The translations under genes and the position numbers were made by a program. Positions 34,501-46,500 of a stretch of DNA of 64,000 nucleotides are shown in pieces (position 1 is the stretch's first letter; each line of letters starts with the position of its first letter). The notes below the pieces were generated by a model. The model saw only the letters and a list, made by a program, of their open reading frames with translations. It was not told the DNA's origin and ran no database searches. The stretch is from Nemertoderma westbladi (Eukaryota; Animalia; Xenacoelomorpha): contig JAUCBJ010001981.1 of NCBI GenBank assembly GCA_032718475.1, positions 1-64,000 on the forward strand, written 5' to 3'.

Positions 34501-37500
34501 TGGATGGCTTACCGGTAGTTGGATGGCTTACCGGTAGGTGGATGCCGTACCGGTAGTTGCGAGGTGAATGGCTTGCTGGTAGGTGGGTGGCTTACCGTTA
34601 GGTGGATGGCTTACTGGTAGGTGGATGGCTTACCGGTAGGTGGATGGCTTACCGGTAGGTGGATGGCTTACCGGTAGGTGGATGGCTTACTGGTAGGTGG
34701 ATGGCTTACTGGTAGGTGGATGGCTTACCGGTAGGTGGATGGCTTACCGGTAGGTGGATGCCGTACCAGTAGTTGCGAGGTGGATGGCTTACTGGTAGGT
34801 GGATGGCTTACCGTTAGGTGGATGGCTTACCGGTAGTTGGATGGCTTACCGGTAGGTGGATGGCTTACTGGTAGGTGGGTGGCTTACCGTTAGGTGGATG
34901 GCTTACCGGTAGGTGGATGGCTTACCGGTAGGTGGATGGCTTACCGGTAGGTGGATGGCTTACCGGTAGGTGGATGCCGTACCAGTAGTTGCGAGGTGGA
35001 TGGCTTACTGGTAGGTGGATGGCTTACCGTTAGGTGGATGGCTTACCGGTAGTTGGATGGCTTACCGGTAGGTGGATGGCTTACTGGTAGGTGGATGGCT
35101 TACTGGTAGGTGGATGGCTTACCGGTAGGTGGATGGCTTACCGGTAGGTGGATGCCGTACCGGTAGTTGCGAGGTGAATGGCTTACTGGTAGGTGGGTGG
35201 CTTACCGTTAGGTGGATGGCTTACCGGTAGGTGGATGGCTTACTGGTAGGTGGATGGCTTACCGGTAGGTGGATGGCTTACCGGTAGGTGGATGCCGTAC
35301 CAGTAGTTGCGAGGTGGATGGCTTACTGGTAGGTGGATGGCTTACCGTTAGGTGGATGGCTTACCGGTAGGTGGATGGCTTACCGGTAGGTGGATGGCTT
35401 ACCGGTAGGTGGATGCCGTACCGGTAGTTGCGAGGTGAATGGCTTACTGGTAGGTGGGTGGCTTACCGTTAGGTGGATGGCTTACTGGTAGGTGGATGGC
35501 TTACCGGTAGGTGGATGGCTTACCGGTAGGTGGATGGCTTACTGGTAGGTGGATGGCTTACCGTTAGGTGGATGGCTTACCGGTAGTTGGATGGCTTACC
35601 GGTAGGTGGATGCCGTACCGGTAGTTGCGAGGTGAATGGCTTACTGGTAGGTGGGTGGCTTACCGAGGTGGATGGCTTACTGGTAGGTGGATGGCTTACC
35701 GGTAGGTGGATGGCTTACTGGTAGGTGGATGGCTTACCGTTAGGTGGATGGCTTACCGGTAGTTGGATGGCTTACCGGTAGGTGGATGCCGTACCGGTAG
35801 TTGCGAGGTGAATGGCTTACTGGTAGGTGGGTGGCTTACCGTTAGGTGGATGGCTTACCGTTAGGTGGATGGCTTACCGTTAGGTGGATGGCTTACCGGT
35901 AGGTGGATGGCTTACTGGTAGGTGGATGGCTTACCGTTAGGTGGATGGCTTACCGGTAGTTGGATGGCTTACCGGTAGGTGGATGCCGTACCGGTAGTTG
36001 CGAGGTGAATGGCTTACTGGTAGGTGGGTGGCTTACCGAGGTGGATGGCTTACTGGTAGGTGGATGGCTTACCGGTAGGTGGATGGCTTACTGGTAGGTG
36101 GATGGCTTACCGTTAGGTGGATGGCTTACCGGTAGTTGGATGGCTTACCGGTAGGTGGATGCCGTACCGGTAGTTGCGAGGTGAATGGCTTACTGGTAGG
36201 TGGGTGGCTTACCGTTAGGTGGATGGCTTACCGTTAGGTGGATGGCTTACCGTTAGGTGGATGGCTTACCGTTAGGTGGATGGCTTACCGGTAGGTGGAT
36301 GGCTTACCGGTAAGTGGATGGCGTACTGGTAGGTGGATGGCTTACTGGTAGGTGGATGGCTTACCTGGATGGGGGATTATCTGATTAACATCATAACCAT
36401 AATGTATTTTGTTATAGTTGTTAATGTTATTTTTTGTCCAACTACAGTAAAACCGGTAACCTACCTGCGCAAAGCAGTCTGTCAGACATGTTACTTCATA
36501 ATCTATTTGGTTATAGTTGATTTTTTGTTTTTGAAATTCTAATTTATTACTATACCCTCCGATAGTAAGACGGATTTTTGTCTTACTTCCGATTTTTGTT
36601 TTCAGTTTTAGAAGAAAAAATGAAACGGCAACTGGCGTCGGTTGATGAGGAACGTAAGTCGATGCAAGAATTGGTTGCTAAGCTGGACGCCAGTATGAGG
36701 GATCAAAATAGATCAATGGAACAGGAAAGATGGAATCTTACACAGGAACAAAATAGGTTGGCAAACATACCACTGGGAATACACGGAATCTTACACAGGA
36801 ACAAAATAGGTTGGCAAATATACCACTGGGCATACACGGAATCTTACACAGGAACAAAATAGGTTGGCAAATATACCACTGGGCATACACGGAATCTTAC
36901 ACAGGAACAAAATAGGTTGGCAAACGTACCACTGGGAATACACGGAATCTTACACAGGAACAACAAACATACCACTGGGAATACACGGAATCTTACACAG
37001 GAACAAAATAGGTTGGCAAACATACCACTGGAAATACACGGAATCTTACACAGGAACAAAATAGGTTGGCAAACATACCACTGGAAATACACGGAATCTT
37101 ACACAGGAACAAAATAGGTTGGCAAATATACCACTGGGCATACACGGAATCTTACACAGGAACAAAATAGGTTGGCAAACGTACCACTGGGAATACACGG
37201 AATCTTACACAGGAACAAAATAGGTTGGCAAACATACCACTGGGAATACACGGAATCTTACACAGGAACAAAATAGGTTGGCAAACATACCACTGGGCAT
37301 ACACGGAATCTTACACAGGAACAACAAACATACCACTGGGAATACACGGAATCTTACACAGGAACAAAATAGGTTGGCAAACATACCACTGGAAATACAC
37401 GGAATCTTACACAGGAACAAAATAGGTTGGCAAACGTACCACTGGAAATACACGGAATCTTACACAGGAACAAAATAGGTTGGCAAACATACCACTGGGC

Positions 37501-40500
37501 ATACACGGAATCTTACACAGGAACAAAATAGGTTGGCAAACGTACCACTGGAAATACACGGAATCTTACACAGGAACAAAATAGGTTGGCAAACATACCA
37601 CTGGGCATACACGGAATCTTACACAGGAACAAAATAGGTTGGCAAACATACCACTGGGAATACATGGAATCTTACACAGGAACAAAATAGGTTGGCAAAC
37701 GTACCACTGGAAATACACGGAATCTTACACAGGAACAAAATAGGTTGGCAAACGTACCACTGGAAATACACGGAATCTTACACAGGAACAAAATAGGTTG
37801 GCAAACATACCACTGGGCATACACGGAATCTTACACAGGAACAAAATAGGTTGGCAAACATACCACTGGAAATACACGGAATCTTACACAGGAACAAAAT
37901 AGGTTGGCAAACATACCACTGGGCATACACGGAATCTTACACAGGAACAAAATAGGTTGGCAAACGTACCACTGGGAATACACGGAATCTTACACAGGAA
38001 CGAAATAGGTTGGCAAACATACCACTGGGAATACATGGAATCTTACACAGGAACAAAATAGGTTGGCAAACATACCACTGGGAATACATGGAATCTTACA
38101 CAGGAATAAAATAGGTTGGCAAACATACCACTGGAAATACACGGAATCTTACACAGGAATAACAAACATACCACTGGGAATACACGGAATCTTACACAGG
38201 AACAAATTAGGTTGGTAAACATACCACTGGGCATACACGGAATCTTACACAGGAAAAAAATAGGTTGGCAAACGTACCACTGGGAATACACGGAATCTTA
38301 CACAGGAACGAAATAGGTTGGCAAACATACCACTGGGAATACATGGAATCTTACACAGGAACAAAATAGGTTGGCAAACATACCACTGGGAATACATGGA
38401 ATCTTACACAGGAACAAAATAGGTTGGCAAACATACCACTGGAAATACACGGAATCTTACACAGGAATAACAAACATACCACTGGGAATACACGGAATCT
38501 TACACAGGAACAAATTAGGTTGGTAAACATACCACTGGGAATACATGGAATCTTACACAGGAACAAAATAGGTTGGCGAACGTACCACTGGAAATACACG
38601 GAATCTTACACAGGAACAAAATAGGTTGGCAAACATACTACTGGGAATACATGGAATCTTACACAGGAACAACAACCATACCACTGGGAATACACGGAAT
38701 CTTACACAGGAACAAATTAGGTTGGCAAACATTCCACTGGGCATACACGGAATCTTACACAGGAACAAAATAGGTTGGCAAACATACCACTGGGAATACA
38801 TGGAATCTTACACAGGAACAAAATAGGTTGGCAAACATACCACTGGGAATACATGGAATCTTACACAGGAACAAAATAGGTTGGCAAACATACCACTGGG
38901 AATACATGGAATCTTACACAGGAATAACAAACATACCACTGGGAATACACGGAATCTTACACAGGAACAAATTAGGTTGGTAAACATACCACTGGGAATA
39001 CATGGAATCTTACACAGGAACAAAATAGGTTGGCAAACATACCACTGGGAATACATGGAATCTTACACAGGAATAACAAACATACCACTGGGAATACACG
39101 GAATCTTACACAGGAACAAATTAGGTTGGTAAACATACCACTGGGAATACATGGAATCTTACACAGGAACAAAATAGGTTGGCAAACATACCACTGGGAA
39201 TACATGGAATCTTACACAGGAATAACAAACATACCACTGGGAATACACGGAATCTTACACAGGAACAAATTAGGTTGGTAAACATACCACTGGGAATACA
39301 TGGAATCTTACACAGGAACAAAATAGGTTGGCAAACATACCACTGGGAATACATGGAATCTTACACAGGAATAACAAACATACCACTGGGAATACACGGA
39401 ATCTTACACAGGAACAAATTAGGTTGGTAAACATACCACTGGGAATACATGGAATCTTACACAGGAACAAAATAGGTTGGCAAACATACCACTGGGAATA
39501 CATGGAATCTTACACAGGAATAACAAACATACCACTGGGAATACACGGAATCTTACACAGGAACAAATTAGGTTGGTAAACATACCACTGGGAATACATG
39601 GAATCTTACACAGGAACAAAATATGTTGGCAAACATACCACTGGGAATACACGGAATCTTACACAGGAACAAATTAGGTTGGTAAACATACCACTGGAAA
39701 TACACGGAATCTTACACAGGAACAAAATAGGTTGGCAAACATACCACTGGGAATAAATGGAATCTTACACAGGAACAAAATAGGTTGGCAAACATACCAC
39801 TGGGAATACATGGAATCTTACACAGGAATAACAAACATACCACTGGGAATACACGGAATCTTACACAGGAACAAATTAGGTTGGTAAACATACCACTGGG
39901 AATACATGGAATCTTACACAGGAACAAAATAGGTTGGCAAACATACCACTGGGAATACATGGAATCTTAAACAGGAATAACAAACATACCACTGGGCATA
40001 CACGGAATCTTACACAGGAACAAAATAGGTTGGCAAACATACCACTGGGAATACATGGAATCTTACACAGGAACAAAATAGGTCGGCAAACATACCACTG
40101 GGAATACATGGAATCTTACACAGGAATAACAAACATACCACTGGGAATACACGGAATCTTACACAGGAACAAATTAGGTTGGTAAACATACCACTGGGAA
40201 TACATGGAATCTTACACAGGAACAAAATAGGTTGGCAAACTTACCACGGGAATACACGGAATCTTACACAGGAACAAAATAGGTTGGCAAACATACCACT
40301 GGGAATACACGGAATCTTACACAGGAACAAAATAGGTTGGCAAACATACCACTGGAAATACATGGAATCTTACACAGGAATAACAAACATACCACTGGGA
40401 ATACACGGAATCTTACACAGGAACAAAATAGGTTGGCAAACATACCACTGGGAATACACGGAATCTTACACAGGAACAAAATAGGTTGGCAAACATACCA

Positions 40501-43500
40501 CTGGAAATAACGGAATCTTACACAGGAACAAAATAGGTTGGCAAGCGTACCACTGGAAATACATGGAATCTTACACAGAAACAAGATAGGTTGGCAAACA
40601 TACCACTGGGAATACACGGAATCTTATACAGGAACAAAATAGGTTGGCAAACATACCACTGGAAATAACGGAATCTTACACAGGAACAAAATAGGTTGCA
40701 AGCATACCACTGGGAATACACGGAATCTTACACAGGAACAAAATAGGTTGGCAAACATACCACTGGGAATACATGGAATCTTACACAGGAACAAATTAGG
40801 TTGGCATATAGGATAAATAAGATGGCAAATAGGATACCACCTGGAATACACATTTCACAGCTCCTATAGCGAACCTTTTCTTTTTTTTATTTGTTTTTCA
40901 TGTCTAACTGTTTGGTTTTATTTTTTAGGGCTAGGGCAACCCAAATTGCATTGGATGATGCAAGACAGACACTGGCGGACCAATCGGCTGTTGAAAGGCG
41001 AGAAATTGAGAAAAACAAGGAGAGTTTGTTGGTGGAACAGAGAGAATTGATGCAGCAGATGTACAAGGAGAGACGGGAATTAGCTGAGGAAAGAGCGAGA
41101 TTGATCGCCTTGAAAACTGATCAGGTTAGTGGAGGGAAAGCGGGAGTGGAGAGTGGAGGACAAAGCGTTATTTATTGACTTGAAAGCATTGGAAAGAATG
41201 GTATTTATTGAAGAAATAGCGTGATTGATTGCATTTTAGAATTATGAGGGGTGAGGTACTGGTACATATGGAACTGAGTGAGATTGTGGGAGATGTACAA
41301 TGAAAGAGTTGAGTGTGATGCATAATAATCAGATGGGGTTGAAATTGTTTTTGCTCAAATTAGAAGGATTCCTCACCAGTTACATATGTTATTAAATGTC
41401 ATCAATGATTGATATTTGTTTTATTTTGTTACTCTGCAGAAGAAATTAATGGATGATGAAAGTTCACGTTATTCCGTAACAGAAGCTCATTTAGAAGGAA
41501 CATTGAAGGCGATAGGAAGGGAACAGGAAAGTTTAGCCAATCAGCTGGCCGATCTGCGAGTTCAAAAGGAACAACTCGAAACAGATAAAAAGTTAGAGCG
41601 AAAAGTTGCAATGAATATATATCACTAAAATATCACTGCCACTTTTATAAGTTGTTATATTATGTTATTGTTGAGGATACAGTTACATAATTATATTAAT
41701 TAATTATCGTAGGCCATTTACGATAATTTAATTTATTTTCATATGAACAAGATGAAAAATTTCTTCATTATTATTAAACCCGTTTAACACGTTAGTGTGG
41801 GAGCAAAACCATGTGTTGGGCCGTTAATGCGTTATGTGCACCGGTGCGCATTGTATGGCATTCCTGCTTGTGCGAACATAAATTCCTTGGTTTTGACACT
41901 TGGTGCGATTTGCGCACCATTTTAATCATTGGAGTTAATTGTTTCGCATACTATTTTCGGACATTTAAACTGTCCATTGTTTGTCTTTTTTTCTGTTCGT
42001 CACAGCAAAAACTTTGATGCCATAAAGTCTGGCTACATTTGCACTACTTTTTTTTTATTTGAAATGCCTGTGTCACCGCAAATATGATCAAATTGTTTTT
42101 GCCCTACTTTTTGTAATAATTATAGGAATCTGATATTAATTAACGACCCCCAGGTGTTTAACTTTGTACGTACGTACGATACAATGCACTCTGAAGGTTA
42201 GGCCTCTTTCATAGTTCCTGTCGCCAATGAGAATCTGGCTACTGCTATTTTGTTATATTTTACGTTGCATTCTAATAACAATAGCGTATTTCTTGGTAAG
42301 TGTAACTGATTATATTACACCTTACACCTGATCACTTCAAATTTCTCATTGAAACATTGCAATGACCTCATATTTGAGCTCCGGTGCTCATAACAACATT
42401 TGACACAAACTGGGCTTTGGGCACCGGTGCGCATTCCGCATTAGTTATTTCCTGTGTGACATAAGTTGACGCCATGGAAACCATATATGACGTCAGTTTT
42501 TTATAAAAAAAATGACGTATGAATTACGTCACTATACACATCCGCACTACGGGTAAACACTAATTTTTCCACCCACATTTCAGGACTGCACAAGGAATGC
42601 GCACCGGTGCTCAAACCGCATTTTCTATCCGATTGGCTATCCGATTAACGGGAATGTTTGAAATGCGCACCGGTGCCCATTTTGCACTAAACGTGTTAAA
42701 CTGAACTTATTTTTAACAATTTTAATATTTCTTCTCAGCGGATGCAGAATGTTAAAAGTTCTAGCTACTTCATTTTGTTCTTTCCAGGAACTTAGAGATT
42801 GAAAGACAGACTTTAGATTCTATGAAAGTACATCTCCAACAGCAAGATGTTGACCTGAAGAATAGACTGCGAGAAATTAACGACACTGCTGAAAGCGTCC
42901 AGGCGGCTCGAAAACAGTCCGCAGAAGCAGTGAGTGAAGCTAAACGAATAGAAAGCGAATACACACAGAGAATGGACTCAATTGCTCAGCAAATACAACT
43001 CCTTAGGTTAGCTTGGGTCTCAATCCAAATTATTTTACTGGTAAAATAAAGCTTATTTTTGTGATACATAATGTGAAGGCCTACCAACATTATTATTTTG
43101 TAATATTAAACATAAAAGTCGAACAGCTGTAAACATTATTTTCATGAATATTTTTTCATATTACATTATTATATATATAATTTTGAATATCTTTCAAATA
43201 ATTTGTATTACAGATATTTACTGTAAACTAATATACAGTGTCTGTAATGTAATTTACGTCGATCGGTACGACCTGCATTAAGGTAGACATCCTACACACA
43301 TGTACTACATACACCCTTCCCCACCGGCCACCCCAATTACTTATATTATAGGCAGCTACAGTTAGCTAATTATTACTAATTACTTTACTAATTAATGATG
43401 AACCGGAGAAGATCCATCCAAATCATTAGCTCCCTTCACTTTGCATCACATAAAGACTTATTTCTATTTTGTTTTTTATTACTCTTTTTTTTGTTTCCAG

Positions 43501-46500
43501 GGAAACAGAGAGGCACATCATGCAGGAGCGTTTATCGTTGGCCAAAGACAAGAAACTCCTTGAATCCTGTAAAGATGAGTTGCTCTGCTACAAATGTGGT
43601 AAAGCGATGAAAGACCGCGGAGGATTCGCAGATCATTTTATTGGACAAGATGGTATGTAATGAGGGGCGAGCCATCTAAACTGGCGTATATTTTACACAT
43701 AAGTATGTATTATTATTTATTTTTTTTAATTTTATCTGACTGATAGTTCAGTTATGGAAACTTGAAGATAATAATAGACCCCCCCCCCCCCCCCCCCCCC
43801 TACCGGCTATGCAGTAAAAATACCAAAATACACCATAAAAACGAAAGTAACACATTTTTTAGTTCGTAACTTTTTTTGCAGCTATTTCTGGTTCCTATAT
43901 CGGTGGCATGTACCCCGCAAATACATCCAAGTTGGCATGGCAACCAAATACGGGCAATGTTGGAGGTTCCGACGGACAGACTAATGTACCAGCGGAGAGG
44001 CCCTTGTCACTAGACCGAGGTGGGTGAACTAATAAAATAATATTGTAGCTAGTACTATGGATAGCAGTTTGGGGCTTACTCTTGTTCTTAATAACCGTTT
44101 GTAATTTCTTATTGAATAACACCAACACTGTCCTGTTCTTTAGTGTAATACCAGTAATGTAGTATCCAACGTTATTGCAATACGCCATCCATTTTTCTTT
44201 CTTCCTTATTTTGAAGCGATTTGTTACTCTGGTGTGCTGAACCGGTCGCAATGGCACCTTCGGGGGGGGGGGGGGGGGGGGGGGGGCTGCTGAATCTCAC
44301 GTTGACATTCTAGACTTTGTTTTTCGTGAAATATATCTAACTAACATTGCGTCGCATTCGGCACCACAAGTTTGCCTATATAATAGTGCGAATGGTCTAC
44401 ACATACTATTCAATAATTAATTGTTGGCACACTAAATCTATATCCATTGCGCTCTAGTCTATGGGTTTAAGTATTGCATTCATTGTGTCAAATATTTAAT
44501 ATTATAATTTATTGTGATATGAGATTAAATACAGTATACATAGAAAATCTATATACATTATTTGTATTTATATTTTACAATTAAATCATTGGTAGTTATG
44601 GTTATGGTTTGGGATTAATGTTTACTATCTTAGTGTCTTTGAATTAAAATTAATAATAATATTATATTAATAGTGTTTTTAAAATGTATGTAGCAGAAAT
44701 TCTCCATAAATAACATATAAAATATATAATGGAAACTCTTAATCACATCAATGTTTCGGAACATTTATACCCTGTATTGGTTTGTGTATCTGTTACCATG
44801 GTTGTATTTATTGGCTGCGTTATGTGTTTTAAGCGGCGGCGACACCGACGCCGGGTGAGACGACGTTCTCCCGTCCCTCCATCCGAATGGTGTCACTTCC
44901 CAACGCCATCTAGCGGAGTTACCCAGATAATTGATTCAGCCTTGTTACCACCGTTACGGACCTGCAGCAACCCGTCAATCGGCGAATTTTTATTGGTTCG
45001 GAGCGAATCTGATTTACCGGTACCAAATCGTACCGTATCTGATTTACCGGTACCAAATCGTACCGTATCGGATTTACCGGTACCAAATCGTACCGTATCG
45101 GATTTACCGGTACCAAATCGTACCGTATCGGATTTACCGGTACCAAATCGTACCGTATCTGATTTACCGGTACCAAATCGTACCGTATCTGATTTACCGG
45201 TACCAAATCGTACTGGATCGGATTCACCGATACCAAATCGTACCGTATCGGATTTACCGGTACCAAATCGTACAGTATCGGATTTACCGGTACCAAATCG
45301 TACCGTATCTGATTTACCGGTACCAAATCGTACTGGATCGGATTTACCGATACCAAATCGTACTGGATCGGATTCACCGATACCAAATCGTACCGTATCG
45401 GATTTACCGGTACCAAATCGTACTCGATCGGATTTACTGGTACCAAATCGTACCGTATCGGATTTACCGGTACCAAATCGTACTCGATCGGATTTACTGG
45501 TACCAAATCGTACTGGATCGGATTTACCGATACCAAATCGTACCGTATCGGATTTACCGGTACCAAATCGTACTCGATCGGATTTACTGGTACCAAATCG
45601 TACCGTATCGGATTTACTGGTACCAAATCGTACCGTATCGGATTTACCGGTACCAAATCGTACCGTATCGGATTTACCGGTACCAAATCGTACCGTATCG
45701 GATTTACCGGTACCAAATCGTACCGTATCTGATTTACCGGTACCAAATCGTACCGTATCGGATTTACCGGTACCAAATCGTACCGTATCTGATTTACCGG
45801 TACCAAATCGTACCGTATCGGATTTACCGGTACCAAATCGTACCGTATATGATTTACCGATACCAAATCGTACCGTATCGGATTTACCGGTACCAAATCG
45901 TACCGTATCGGATTTACTGGTACCAAATCGTACCGTATCTGATTTACCGGTACCAAATCGTACCGTATCGGATTTACTGGTACCAAATCGTACCGTATCT
46001 GATTTACCGGTACCAAATCGTACCGTATCGGATTTACCGGTACCAAATCGTACCGTATCGGATTTACCGGTACCAAATCGTACCGTATCGGATTTACCGG
46101 TACCAAATCGTACTCGATCGGATTTACCGGTACCAAATCGTACTGGATCGGATTCACCGATACCAAATCGTACCGTATCGGATTTACCGGTACCAAATCA
46201 TACTGGATCGGATTTACCGGTACCAAATCGTACCGTATCGGATTTACCTGTACCAAATCGTACCGTATCGGATTTACCGGTACCAAATCGTACAGTATCG
46301 GATTTACCTGTACCAAATCGTACCGTATCGGATTTACCGGTACCAAATCGTACCGTATCGGATTTACCGGTACCAAATTGTACCGTATCGGATTTACCGG
46401 TACCAAATCGTACCGTATCGGATTTACCGGTAGCAAATCGTACCGTATCGGATTTACCGGTACTGAATCGTACCGTATCGGATTTACCGGTACCAAATCG

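Noticed and set aside
131-40806. Tandem arrays as CRISPR arrays
   Set aside because: Units are head-to-tail with no unique spacers, there are no cas genes, and the context is spliceosomal introns.
36844-40851. Dozens of short ORFs (MANIPLGIHG.., MYSQWYVCQP..)
   Set aside because: Translations of the 53/43-bp minisatellite; intronic, with recurrent stops.
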